A stretch of DNA of 64,000 bases from Chiloscyllium plagiosum (GCF_004010195.1 NC_057719.1:18869159-18933158), one strand, 5' to 3'; positions 12,409-25,680 are shown, counted from the stretch's first letter. Notes: generated from the sequence alone by a model not told the origin. Made by a program: numbers and translations.

Positions 12409-13961
12409 TTGGTCCTAGACTCTCTTCTCTGCATCCATCCCATCAAGCCCACTTAGAATCAAAAACCTTTAATAAGGTTGCCTCTGATTCTTCTAAACTC
12501 CAAAGATTACAAGCTCAACCTACTCTTCCTTTCCTTACAAGAAAATCTTTCCATACCTAAAAGTAACTTAATGAACCTTCTCTGAACTTCACCAATGCCA
12601 ATGTATCTTTCCTTATATAAGAGAACCAAAACCATTCGGTATACCAGATGTGTTGAATAGTCTTAACAAGACCTCCCAATTTTTATACTCCATTCCCTTT
12701 GAAATGAGCACTAATGAACTATTTATCTTCCCTGTTACCTGCAAGCGTTTTTGTGATTCTTGCATGAGGAACTCCAAATCTATCTGTGCTGCATCTTTCT
12801 GTAGTAATATTAAACCGTATGTTTGCAGTTATACACTATCTTCATGAAACCAGCTTGCCTTACATTTCCAGATGCCTCTTAACCTTCGACTCTTATACCT
12901 CATCATTACTGATCATTCAGCTTCTGCAACTTTCCATATGGTTTTCATGTTACTTGTTCCTGACAATTTCAAAATCTTTCTTTTTATAATTCAACTCCGT
13001 CTCCCTTACCTTTTCTCTCAACTCAAGTCATTTTATTCTTTTTTCTGCTGAAACACTAAACAATCATCCTGCTTATGTTTAAATTTATAGATTTAAATCA
13101 AAAGTTATTGGATCCCTATTAAATTCATTTGCAGTAGAAATCATGATTGTGGGAGGTTTAACATTCTTCATCGTTAGCATCAAACATCTTGATATGATTC
13201 ATAATATTTAGGTGCAAACTTTCAAGGTGTTGAAGTGACTTTATAGATCTGTAAACTTTGACAAAAAATTAATGGCTGATCATACCGGGATGTCTATGAC
13301 TACAGAGGATGAACAGTGTCACTGGGGAATCATCATTAAACTCACTCTTGCTAAACACAGACCGTAACCATTCAATATTCTGTTCAATCATATCCGTCTT
13401 TCAGATTTTTCCCCCTCTTTGTCTTCAAGGCTTGAACTCAATCTGGGATATCATTTTCTTCAACCACATAAAAAAAGTAGTGAATTTTATGTATGTGAGC
13501 CTGTATAGTGTCAATAAAGTGTTTTATTTCAGGAAGATTTGGCCTTGGGCCAAATTCTATCCTCACCTAATTGTTGTTACTCACTTCTTAAATCACCAAG
13601 GAAAGTGAATTTTGTCATCTAATATTCCACTCAAAGCCTACATTTCTTTGAAGAATATCAAGTCAATGTTGGGCCCATCCAAGATATTATCTAGAACATG
13701 GTTGATCCATTAGAGCTGATGTTGGGCTGGGAGGTCCAAGTGTTTTCGTACAAGCAGGTATTGAGAAAATATATTCTGTTAATAAACACACTGGCTAAGC
13801 CTTCACACTATATATTTACCACTTATGAAGTGAATGTCACAGAGGAATGTGTTGTGTTTAAGAACTCGAGTCCATAATTACATAGTTTCCCCATTATTAG
13901 CTGCCAATTATGTCACAACAACCCAGCTAGTCTAAATAGGTGAACACAGAACAACTAGCCT

Positions 13962-14440
13962 CCAGAGAGCTTTTGTAGCACAGTGGTAGTGTCCCCACCC
14001 CTGGACTGGGAGGCCCAAGTTTAAGTCCTACCTGCTCCAAAGATGTGTAATAGCATTGCTGAGCTGGTTGATGAGACAAATAGATTAATTTTCTGTTTTA
14101 AAAAAGCTAGCTTAGAGAGGGCTTTTGTGGGGCAGAAGTGATGTCCCTACCTCTGAGCCAGGTGGACTGGGTTCAAGTCACATCAATTCAGAATGTGTCA
14201 TAAGATCTCTGAACTTGATTGATTTGAAAATATAGTTAGCATAGAGAAACCATGACTGTATTGGTAACAAGGAAAAATACATTCAGTTGTGTGCAAGAGC
14301 ACTTCTGGTGATACAAAATGTAGTTACCTTACAGAAGTGCTGTTTTGGAACAATGGTAATGTCACTACCTCCCAGCTAGGAGGGCCCAGGTTTGAGACTC
14401 ACCTGCTCCAGAGGTGTGAATAGAATGATTAATAATATTT
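13962..14440 (+). mobile_element. Three co-oriented short tRNA-derived SINE copies
   Basis: Units at ~13964, ~14117 and ~14337 share tggtagtgtcc..ggttcaagtc..cctgctccaga; a minus copy lies at ~9220-9325. Confidence 0.7.
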
Positions 14441-15596
14441 GTTTAGAGGAATGAGAAGCAACTGAAAAACATTCAAGGTAATTAAATGCAAAATGAGAGC
14501 TCATAAAATACTGAGCGGAAATAGCTTATCACTGACATTTAATAGTACTGTCATAGTAATATCTCCAGAAGTCTGCCAAAGCAGCTTCTTTTGTTTGATT
14601 CTGCAACTCTATTGTCACCAAGTTACATTGTGCTAACTGTGCCCTCTATAAAAGCAACTCACTGATTGGGTGTACCCCACTGAAGAGCAATGTTCTCAGG
14701 GAGATCCAATCAGGAAATCCCAGGCTCCCTGATGTTCTATCCATGAATTTCAAAGAACTTTGTGATCACTATATGCTGAGCAGGGAATGGCTTCCTCTTG
14801 TTTCTTCGCTCCAACATTAGAGTACCTTTCAACACAAACATTGCAACCTGCTCCAGATATCAATGCAGACCGCAACTCCTCGAATGGAAATATAGATATG
14901 AATATCTTACTGGAGAATGAGATAGTATTCTGACAAAGTATGTTTAGATATGGAGATGAGAAAACCAGCATTACATTTGTTTAAAAGTTGTGTATTATTT
15001 GTAATAAATATTTCATTTTGATGGCTGTTTTTATTTTGTTTTGCTTCACTAATTAAGTGCACTTGTTTACTTGTGATTTGGACTTTAGACACTATATCAC
15101 CAGTTAGGCTACGTATAATTAATAATCTGATCAAATATGTATGAAGTAACCTAAACCTTTATGTGGTTGTTTTCCTCAGTATACTTACACTTATCACAGG
15201 TTTCTGTGTCTCCTGCAATTATACTTCCCAGTTTAGTCAGGATAATCGCCAGATCTTGATTGCTAACTTTTTCACAGTCACTGCTGGTGGATTGACCACA
15301 GGTGGGATTAAGTTTTCTTATTTCTCTTCCTTAAATGGAGCAATCCAGTTTTCTGCAATTCTGGACCTCATTAAGCTCTCCAAAGGGGCTGCAGATCGAA
15401 ATGGAGGGGTATGCTTTGCCAGGCAAAATCACCTTCAAATCAGTCAAAGTGAGGATGAAATTTCGTAGGCGTCAAATTGATAATAAAAATGAGCATTCAG
15501 GTAAATTAACTTAACTTTTTGTTTGCCTATATTTAAATTTGAAATCAATTTTTACTGTATCAATGGCAAAGCAGAGAAGAGACTGATTGTCAGAAG

Positions 15597-15695
15597 TAGA
15601 CAAACAGGAGGCTGGAAGAACATAGCAAGCCAGGCAGCATCAGGAGGTGCAGAAGTTAATGTTTTGGGTATTAACCCTTCTTCAGGATTCTAACG
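15597..15695 (-). mobile_element. Penelope-like short insertion (family A relative)
   Basis: TSD gattgtcagaag (15585-15596, 15696-15707); reverse strand reads cctgaagaagggttaatacccaaaac (decayed hammerhead). Confidence 0.75.
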
Positions 15696-17174
15696 GATTG
15701 TCAGAAGCTTAGGTATACAATATCAGGAGACAGTCATAAACTGCCACCATTACTCGGACATATATTGCTGCTAGATTGGCAAAGATTTTGACATGCATCA
15801 CAATTACATTGTCAGAGACTTTTAAATGGATAACCATTATAGCAGTAGGGAATTGACTGAATTCTACCACTGTTTGGGGAAAGAATTGGATAGATATCAG
15901 CGCCACACAGCCAGAGTCAAGGATTCCCACTATAGCACTCAGCAAGCTAAAGTAAAACTATGACAAGAATGTCAGAATCAGGTAGCTTTTCCCCTCACTA
16001 CATGCAACACCTAAACAGGTCACTGAGCAAATTTTACTAATTTTATTTTTTTAAAAAAACGGCTATAGTCACACATTTAGACTGGAAGAGAAAGACACTG
16101 AAATCAGAAAATCACCAACAAAATAAAAACTCACTCCCATCTATGAATGACCCCTTTCAAATGCTTCATGTTGTAAGATAATCAAGGATATGGTGACAAA
16201 AAGAATCATCAGTGTTTCATAGAGGGGCATCTGTGCACTGCAAAACAACAAAGTAGCTTCTGGAATTGAGTTTTGATCCGTGTGTATATTATTTTTCTGA
16301 CAACTATGCTGATGACATTAAGAAGAAGTTTAATCATTTCATTATTTTTAAACTCCCGTGACCTCAGTAGTCTAAGATAACCTATCTTCTTGCAACCAGT
16401 CCCATTGTGCACTGAGAACAGAGAGAGGAATATTTACTGAAGAGCAATTCACACCAGTCCAGCAGCTTCATAGCAATTATTAACAGTGGGAAGATGAATG
16501 CATGGTAAGATTAATAACAAGGAATTTATCCCTTTATTTTGCAAAGTTTATTTAGCATCCACAGAAATATACTCGTTGCAAAGTTTTACCTTCAGGAGTT
16601 CATATCCACAACGTTCAAAGAAAATACAAGCTTAATTATCAATCAAAACATTTGAGCATTTATTTCACACTACAGCAGTCACAGGTTCGAGCCCCATCTG
16701 TGGCTGACACTCCAATCTGCCAGCCACACGTGTCAGGAGTTTCAGCAGTTCTCAGCTGCTAACTGGGACACCTCGCAGAAGTGGAGGAAGTGAAGTATCG
16801 CACCTCAGGGCAGAGCACAGTGCTTTTCAGCCCATTTACACTGCTGTTAGGGATGCACAGTTTGGTACAGTTTGAAGCAGCACTGGCCCACTGAATTTCA
16901 ATCTTCATTGCATCAACTCGTATTGCCATCAATATCAATGGGACAGATAGGAGGCTTGGCTCAATGCCAAACTTTGGAGCTCAGCTTGCATCCAAACTAT
17001 GTCTGATCAATATACCCATTTCTGGCAGTGTTAGGTACTTTCAACATAATTCACCACATTCATTTCAACCAATTACATGGGAAAACTCCAGCATCAGTTT
17101 CCTTGGCGATTATCCACAGTCCTTAAAGCCTGACAATTGAATTCGATGCACTGATACATTTCCTTATGCTTTTA

Positions 17175-17490
17175 CTGATTTGATTTGATTTATTGTTGTC
17201 ACATGTACCTAAGTACAGTGAAAACTTTTGTTTAGCGAGCAGTGAAGGCAGATCATAACATACAAGGATATACAGATCATGGAGCGTCATTGGGTGTTTA
17301 GACAGAGTGAGGCATACAAGGTTACAGCTGCACAGGAGATGCACAAAAGCAAGATCTACATTAGATTTGAATTTAGAAGGGTCCATTCAGAAGAAGAAAG
17401 TGAGGACTGCAGGGTCCATTCAGAAGTCTAATAACAACAGGAAAGAAGCTATTTTTAAACCCAATGATATTTATGTTAAGCTTCTGTATT
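17175..17490 (-). mobile_element. Rex1-like LINE 3' end
   Basis: gatttgatttgatttattgttgtcacatgtacctaagtacagtgaaaa is the reverse complement of the tail at 5440-5480. Confidence 0.8.
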
Positions 17491-17974
17491 TTCAGCCTGA
17501 CAAAAGTGGTTAGCACGGTTATAATGTTAAGTTATGAGGACTGGTCACATGAATTTACATTTTATTCCCAATTAGTGTTAGAAGACCATATGGTTGTCTA
17601 ATTTGAGAGCAACCTGGATAAAAAAAATCTCTTGCCAAGGGTAGATGAACAGGGGTGATTAACACAGACCCTGACGGGCTGAAGAACCTTTCTCTGTGCT
17701 GTATGAAGTGACAACTTGTGAGAAGTAAGATCACCGTGGAAAGTGAGGGTGAACATAAACTTCTCCATGTAATTGAGAAGGAGGTAGCTATGTAAAAGAT
17801 GTAGAAGACATCAGCAAAGACAAATTGAATAGCTTGTTCATTTGTTGTGTGTAATTCTATACAATCAAAATGACAATGAGATTCAGCAACATACATTTAC
17901 CATATCAAACATCATAATCATATTAAAATCTGGGCTTAGCTTGCCAAACAGTCATGAATATTGATCAACTGATT

Positions 17975-19910
17975 TTTAAAAAATAATTTATGGAATGTAG
18001 ACGTTGCTAGCTTAACCAGCGTTTCTGGCTCGTTCCTAATTGCCTTTGAGCAGGTAATTCCAATCTATCTATTTCAGGTACTCAGGCAGGGATTTCCCTA
18101 TTATGTGGAACTTACAAGATTTTGACCTAGGGAAAGTGAAAGAGAAACGAAAATATTTTCAAGTCAGGATGGTGAGTAGCTTGGAGGGAAACATGGAAGT
18201 GTTGATGTTCCCAGGAATCTGCAGACTTTGCCTTTCTAGGTGGGAAGGGTCAAGATTTGGAAGGTGCTATCAAAGGATCTTTGATATGTTACTACATGCA
18301 TCTGAAAGAGGATATATATTGTGCATTGGTGGTGGAGAAAGTTAAAGGTGGTGGATTGGGTGTTAGTCAAGTGACTTGCTTTGTTCTTGATAATGTCAAG
18401 ATTCTTGAATGTTTTTGGAACTGCAATCATCCAAGCAAGTGGATAATATTCCTTCAGGCTTTGTGGGAGTCAAGAAATCTTTGTAAGTCGCCATAGAATT
18501 CCTAGCCTTTGACCTGCTCTTGTAACTTAGTATTGATATGGCTAGTCTGATTCAGCTGGTCAATGGTAACTCTCAGGATATTGATAGTGGGGGATTCAGC
18601 AATGGTAATGTCATTGAATGTCAAGGGGGCAATGGATAGATTGTCCTTTATTGGAGATAGTCATTGTCTGGCATTGGTGTGGTGCAAATGTTACTTGCTG
18701 CATTTCAGCCCAAACAGGAATATGTCCTGGTCTTGTTGCATTTTGGTTTGAGCTGTTTCAGTTTCTCAGCAATGTGAATACTGCTGAATATTGTCCAATC
18801 AGTAAAACAACTTCCGATCTTATGATGGAAGGAAGGTCATTGATGAAGCAGCTGAAGATGGTCAGTCCTAGGTCACGACACTGAGGAACACTACAGCCAA
18901 GTCCTGGAACTGAGATGATTGACCTCAAACACACCATTCTCTTTTGTGCTGTGTATGATTCTAAACTTTTCCCCTATTTCCATTGATTCTAGTTTGGCTA
19001 GGGCTTTCTGAGACCTCATTTGATCAAAAACTGCCTTGAAGTCAAAGAAAGTCACTCTTGCCCTGTCTCTGGAGTTCAATGCTTTTATCCATGTTTGGGG
19101 AACGGTTGTGATGAGGTCGGGAACTGTGTGCCCTGGGAAGAGTTAAACTGATCAGCAGTGAGCAGGTAAAATCTGAAAGGACTGTTGTTGCTGAAAATCA
19201 GAGACAAAAATAACAATTGCTGGAAAAACTCAGCAGGTCTGGCAGCATCTATAAAAAAAAAAGTCAGAGTTAAATTTGCAGGTCAAAACAGTTATGAGGA
19301 AGGGTCATCGACCTGAAATGTTAACTCTGACTTTTTTTTATAGATGCTGCCAAACCTGCTGAGCTTTTCCAGCAATTTCTATTTTTATCACTGAGCAAGT
19401 TATTGCTGCGCACATGGCACTTAAAAACACTGACAATGACCATTTCCATTTCTTTGCTGATGATCGAGAGTAGTATTTGGCCTTTTCCGATCTCTATTGC
19501 ATTTTGTGTACAAAACATATCTGGGCAATTTTCCACATTGAGGGAGATACCAGCATTTTTATTCGACTAGAACTACTTGGATAGAGGCCACAGCTAATTC
19601 TAGAACATTGTTTTCAGTATTATTTCTAGAGCTTTTGCAGTATCCACTGGCTTTAGCAGTTTTGTGATATCATGTGGAGTGAGTCAAATTTTTTTAAAGA
19701 TTGGTATCTGAGATGCTGGAGGCCTCTTGAGGAGGTTGACAGGGATCATCCACTCAGCACTGCTGGCTGAAGGACATTGTTAATACTTCAGCCTTGTCTT
19801 TTTCACTCTCCAAGGATTAAGGATGGGAATATTTGTGGACCCTCTTCCTCCTCCACTGTTCAATGTGGCTGGACTGCAGAGCTTAAATCTGATCCATTTA
19901 TTGATTAGCA
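17975..19910 (-). mobile_element. L2/CR1-group LINE relic (same group as 855-2391)
   Basis: Reversed tail at 17975-18050; minus ORFs DFKAVFD..LAKLESMEI and KNLDIIKNKASHL. Confidence 0.75.
19168..19388. mobile_element. Penelope-like family C inverted insertion
   Basis: Inverted arms (gctggaaaaactcagcaggtctggcagcatct / agatgctgccaaacctgctgagcttttccagc); imperfect TSD ca(g/c)tgagca(g/a)gt. Confidence 0.78.
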
Positions 19911-20189
19911 CTGTTTATAATGCTGTTTTTCTTTGGTAAAGGTGTCAGGAAATATGTGAATGGGTAAATGAATTTGATGAACAGATCAATTATGCTCTAA
20001 TTGAATGAGAAAACAGGATTATGAGCTCAAGGAGTCTTTTCCTAAAATCTTCCATTTTTTCTGTTGCCAAAAACATGAATAACGTGATAATAGCTGAATT
20101 CCAACGTGATTCCTGGCTGTACCTGAATTCAATCACCTTTCAGATTAGGAGCAAGAACCCAAGTAACATTCACAAAAGGAAGTCTTCCT

Positions 20190-20445
20190 TTTTTAATGCC
20201 TTTCACCCACTACCAGTGTCCCAAATTGCTTTTTTGGCAAGGAACTACTTTAAAGAGTAAACAATGTTGTAATGTGGCATACATGGCAGCCAATTCGTAC
20301 ACAGAAAATTCATATGTTGTTTTTAAATGTTCAGTGAGGAATTCTTTTTAACCAGGGCACTGGGATAATTTCTTTGCTGTTCTTTAAAGCAATGCCATTA
20401 GATCTGTGAAGATGGACGTAGCTTCGATCTAACATCTGATCCAGT
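20190..20445 (-). mobile_element. Decayed Deu-domain SINE
   Basis: ggcagccaattcgtacacag and ggcactgggataatttctttgctgttctt..atgcc motifs. Confidence 0.55.
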
Positions 20446-20799
20446 TCGTTATTTGATCTTGACTAAATATGGTAGAATTGCAGAGCTGTCACCTGATCCA
20501 TTGAATGTGGATTCATTTAGCTCTGTCTATTTCATGCTTCTACTGTTGAACATGCATGCAATCCCATGTTGTATCTTCAGCAAGTTCTCCAGACAAAATA
20601 CCCTCTATGTCTTCCAGCACTTACGGTGCGGTATGCAGAAGAGAGGAGTACTAATTCATCAAGCAAGGGAAGTAAACTAGGATGTTTCTTTGCTCAGGTT
20701 TGACACAATGCCATGAGAATTCATGATGTCTGGAGTCAAATCTCTAATGCATGTTTGAAAGGTCACTGTTGTTGTACAGAGCTGAAGCACACACAGAAG

Positions 20800-22670
20800 G
20801 ACCAGATCATTTCTCCAGTTATGCAGAGCACAATGTGGTACAATTTTGTGACACTCTGACTAGAGCATCCAAGCCCCCAGAGAACCCAGTCCAAGCCATT
20901 GAAACCTCATCATCAGACCTATTGTGTGCTCCATGTTGACCTTCATTGAAGAATGAGTTCCATTGAAACTACACTCAGCCTCTGTCAAGGAGTTGGGTAC
21001 AGATAGTTTCAGATAGTCAACATGGTTTCATCAAGGATAGGTCGTGTCTCACAAACCTCATTGAGTTTTTTGAGAATGTGACCAAGCATGTAGATGAGGG
21101 TAGGGCAGTTGACGTGGTATACATGGACTTCAGTAAAGCATTTGATAAGGTTCTACATGGTAGATTGTTGGAGAAAATGCAGAGGCATGGAATTGAGGGT
21201 GTTTTAGCAGTTTGGATTAGAAACTGGCTTTCTGAAAGAAGACAGCAAGTGGTGGTTGATGGAAAATATTCAGCCTGGAGTCCGGTTACTAGTGGTGTGC
21301 CTCAAGGATCTGTTTTGGGACCACGGCTGTTTGTCATTTTTATAAATGACTTAGACCCAGGCATAGGTGGATGGATTAGTAAATTTGCTGATGACACTAA
21401 AGTCGGTGGAGTAGTGGACAGTTTGGAAGAATGTTAATTGCAGGGGGACTTGGATAAACTGCAGAATTGGGCTGAGAGGTGGCAAATGGAGTTAAATGCA
21501 GCTAAATGTGAGGTGATGCACTTTGGGAAGAATAACAGGAAGGCAGAGTACTGGGTGAATGGAAAGACTCTTGGTAGTGTGGATGTGTAGAGGTATCTTG
21601 GAGTCCATGTACATAGATCCCTGAAAGTTGCCACCGAGGTTGACAATGCTGTTAAGAAGGCATACAGTGTGTTAGGTTTCATTCGTAGAGGGATTGAGTT
21701 CCGGAGCCATAATATCATGCTGCAACTATACAAAATGCTAGTGCGGCCACACTTGGAATATTGTGTACAGTTCTGGTCGCCATATTTCGGGAAGGATGTG
21801 GAAGCATTGGAAAAGGTGCAGAGGAGATTTACCAGGAAGTTGCCTGGTCTGGAGGGAAGGTCTTATGAGGAAAGGCTGAGACAGCTGGGTCTGTTCTCAT
21901 TGGAAAGAAGAAGGTTAAGACGGGAATTAACAGAGACATACAAGATGATCAGAGGATTAGATAGGGTAGACACTGAAAGTCTTTTTCCTATGATGATGAT
22001 GTCAGCTTGTATAAGGGGGCATAACTACAAATTGAGGGGTGATAGATTTAAGACAGATGTCAGAAGCAGGTTCTTTACTCAGAGAGAGGTAAGGGTATGG
22101 AATGCCCTACCTGCCAATGTAGTTAACTCAGCCCCATTAGGGAGATTTAAACAATCCTTGGATAAGCACATAGATGATGATGGGATAGTGTAGAGGGACG
22201 AGCTGAGAATAGTTCACAGGTCAGCGCAACATCGAGGGCCGAAGGGCCTATTCTGCACTGTATAGTTCTATGTTCTAAAGTTACCAGCCACAGTTACAGA
22301 GGCCAGCTCTTGTCTCCTTGTAAGGCATCCAGACATTGAAATGAAACAGGGACATAACAGTTGTCAAAAATATAGGCATCATGACCACTTCGTAGGTACC
22401 TAGCGAACACTTTCAAATATGGTACCAATTACTTACAAATGCTCTGAAATCTTTTTCTGTTTCATTAAGTCAATATTCTAAACAAGACATATTTACAGCC
22501 TATCGTGCCCTGCATCTGGAGGAAGACAGCTATGTTGGCAAAGTCTACTACTCTGAGCTGCAGTGCTGCTTTCTCAGAGGGGAATAAAATCATGTGATTT
22601 ATATGGAGATCCAGCGCAAATTGCACCAGTAACATCTTTAATGGCAAGATTCCCATCTCACTGTTCATAA
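20800..22670 (-). mobile_element. Decayed Harbinger (HARBI1-like) transposase split by a CR1
   Basis: Minus-strand ILFPSEKAALQLRVVDFANIAVFLQMQGTIGCKYV (22465-22668), QGDKSWPL*LWLVT (~22280-22322), then beyond the CR1 [29 protein letters not shown] (~20815-20997). Confidence 0.8.
21010..22277 (+). mobile_element. Relatively young 5'-truncated CR1/HER1 LINE
   Basis: [46 protein letters not shown]; few stops; tail gttctatgttcta. Confidence 0.95.
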
Positions 22671-22799
22671 CGTGGACAAAGAATCAGGTCTTTCTTTCCT
22701 TGGTGTGAGGAATCTCATTTTTCAGATCTCACCATACTTTACAAATTGACTCGTGGATACCCATGTTGTTCTGGGGCTGGGGACATTCCATCTATGGGA

Positions 22800-24330
22800 T
22801 TGTTTGACAGAGCTAAGAAGGCAAAGATAACTGAAATATTGGCACAGCATCTGGGACTGGTGAAAATGCAAGGGAGTTGGGAGGGCGCTAGGTACACCAA
22901 GTGGTAAATCAATTGAGCAAACAAGGTTTCAATTACAGTTAAAGCATTTTGAAAATAAAAAGAATATGGTGACTTTAGACAGAGAAGGAAAGAACCTTGG
23001 AGATCAAAGAATTTGAGTTTCAGAGGGAAGGAAAGGAAAGGGATGAGCAGTTCAGAGGGAAGAGGAAGGTAAAGACAGGTAGTTTTGGAAACTAGAATTA
23101 GTAAAAGGAGAGAGACAGGGAACATTAGCTTAAAATTAAAGACAAGGGAAATGACAGTTACAATTTAAGATCCAGTGAGGAAATGTTTACATTTTTGAAA
23201 GGCTATGCCAATATTTGAGGAGAAATTATTCAAATTAGAAAAAAATTACAAAACAAATGAAGTGGCTGAAATGAAATTAGATATTGTCCATGTAGAGCAA
23301 GGTGCCTGGTAAAACATTTGAAATTCATATATTGCTATTGGACGAGGTTTCTAAGGATTATGATGCAGTTAAAAAGAAATGTTATTCTGGATGTGTGTGA
23401 GATAGTTCCTGAAGCATACAGTCAAAAATTTTTAAATTTAAGCGCTGTCAATTTTACATTTAATGAAATGATAAAGCAAAGCAATTTTGATGGGTGGACA
23501 CAGAAATTCAGGTATAAATTCCATGTTTGAAGTTCAGAGCAATCATTCTCTGGTAACTTCCAAACTCAATGCCTTTTCTAGTTAAAGCATATTTGTTGAA
23601 GATCAGAGAAGGCAACTGCTAAACTGTTGGCTGATAATCATGAGCTGATTTACAAAACTCAACCTTTTTCCATCACCTCCATACACTTGAGAAGCACCAA
23701 GGATGGGAGAATGAATGGAACGACAGCTGGGTATCATCCTAGGCCTCACCCTTGTCATCGAGAGTGCAGAGCTGGAAAAGCACAACAGGTCATGCAGCAT
23801 CTGAGGAGCAGGAGAATCGACATTTCGGGCATAAGCCCTTCATCAGGCTCTCACCCTTCGGCCAGTATAGTGCTGAATGTATTGGTGGAAAGTCAAATGT
23901 TTCCATGTTAATAATGTGGAACACATTCATTCCAAATGCTGAAAGTTGTGAGGGACAAATATGTAACTTATTGTGATTCATACTAGTGAGTCTAAGGAAA
24001 GAACTCACAAATAAGAATACCACGGACCAAACTGTAGTCTTAACAATAACCATAAAACTGGAGGTAAAGACTGCTATGAGTAAAAATGAGGTAAATAAGG
24101 TAGATAAGAGATATAAAAGTTTTTTTTGGCAAAAGGAAGGATAACTCTTTTTCCTTTGAATTGTGGGGTTAGGCCAATAAATGTATTTTTGGACACAGAA
24201 GCTATTCAAACTCTTTGCTTGAGAAGGACATAATCTTTCTTCTGGAGAATGCCATGAAAGCCAAAGTGTTAATAAATGGGTCAAGTGGAGAGTATATCCT
24301 TGTTCCGTTGTATGAAGCTAGCCTTCTATG
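22800..24330 (+). mobile_element. Gypsy (Gmr1-like) gag-protease relic
   Basis: LKRNVILDVCEIVPEAYSQKFLNL..IKQSNFDGW (cf. AYELVPEAYRQKF), LADNHELIYK, protease-like KVLINGSSGEYILVPLY; heavily decayed. Confidence 0.7.
23754..23849 (-). mobile_element. Penelope-like family A short insertion
   Basis: TSD ctcaccctt (23745-23753, 23850-23858); minus strand cCTGATGAagggcttatgcccGAAAtGTC. Confidence 0.85.
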
Positions 24331-25680
24331 TTTCAGAATTCACTTAGACAGATATATTGCCCTGAAATAGTTGAGCGTGATATCAGATCAATTTAACTTG
24401 AAGGAGGCACAGTGCTTTGTTCCACTTCTCTCAACAGGTCAATGTGCTATAAGGGAGAACATGCTTGTGATCTGCCCATTGTATAGCTCCCAGCCTTAAA
24501 TAGCAAAACACCTTGAAAAACTGATCAATAGAATAAATCTTTCCCTCCCGTGATGCGTGGAATCATTACTGATTCCTTACCCAACTCATAAGCTGGGTTT
24601 AAGTGTGGAAGTTATATACAGGTCAGGCCCTAGCAAAATTCCTATGCATTGCTCTGGGCCTCAGTGGCATCCATATTAAACTGCAATGAATTGGCTGCTG
24701 TCATCAGCATCACTGTTCAGGGATTCCTGACATCTGCTGCTACCTTCAGTCAAGGAGTCAGTTCCTTGTGAGAGCTGAGCAATGCTTGGCTATGGCAACT
24801 GCTTTCATCCTTTGGATCTCTGAAGAGCTTGTTCATCTGTCATGGGTGTGTCTTAACTACATCTCACAGCAACAAAGGCACTAGAGCAGACATTCTGAGT
24901 ACGTGGATGCACATTTACAAAAGTGCTGCCAATATGCCCTGAGCAACAGTCCCTGTCATTTATCCTGTTGCACTGTGGACCTCCAAGGTCCGAGCATGGC
25001 AGTGAATTCTGGATGTCGAAGCCACACATTGACATACTGATCAATGTACATAGAGCTATCCAGCAGCTGATTCAGAAACAACTGTTTAATTTTAATAAAG
25101 GAAATTACAGTGAAATGATGATAGAGGTAGCTGAAGTGGACTGGACAGTTAGGTTAACAGCAAAGACAATATGCAAGCAGTGTCAGCCATTTAAGGGGGT
25201 AATTCATGGCACTCAGCAAAAATATATCTTATGAGGAGGAAAGATTCTAAGAGAAAGGTAAACCAACCATGGTGAACCAAGGAAGTTAAGGACAATATAG
25301 AGCATATAAGAAAGCAAAAGTCAAGATAGCCCTGAAGACTAGGATAAGTTCAGAATGCAGAGTTAGAAGACAAAAATGGTAATAGAGAAAATAAATGACA
25401 AGGACAAACTAGTGAGGAATGTAAAAACTGACAATAAGAGTGTTTTTAAATATACAAAAAGGAAGAGAACAGTCCAAATGAATATAGGACCCTGAGATAA
25501 TGAATCTGTGGAGATAGTTATAGGGAGCAAGGAAATGGTGGAGGAGTCAAACAGATATTTTGCATCAATTTTTATGCTGCAAGATACTTCAAACATTCCA
25601 TTCATGCTAAAGTATATGAAGCAGTCATTACTGTCACTAGAGAAGTATTAGACAAATTAATGGGGTTAAAGAAAGGATAA

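Larger units (their letters stand above)
11812..12850 (-). mobile_element. Old CR1 LINE 3' region
   Basis: Minus ORF NFFSQRAVNLGNTL..AVE; reversed CR1 3' UTR; interrupted by a PLE and a microsatellite. Confidence 0.7.

Noticed and set aside
13200..13800. Possible host exon
   Set aside because: No convincing open frame with paired splice sites or recognisable protein motif.
13962..14440. CRISPR-like repeat-spacer array
   Set aside because: Eukaryotic context; the units are long, diverged SINE heads and no cas genes are present.
16675..16710. tRNA-like B-box (ggttcgagccc)
   Set aside because: No A-box/D-arm or cloverleaf could be built; at best a SINE remnant.
21669..22193. 174-aa ORF as a functional CDS
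   Set aside because: It is the C-terminus of CR1 ORF2 in a 5'-truncated copy with upstream stops.
23790..24284. 164-aa minus-strand ORF
   Set aside because: It is antisense to a decayed Gypsy relic plus a PLE fragment, with no protein signature.
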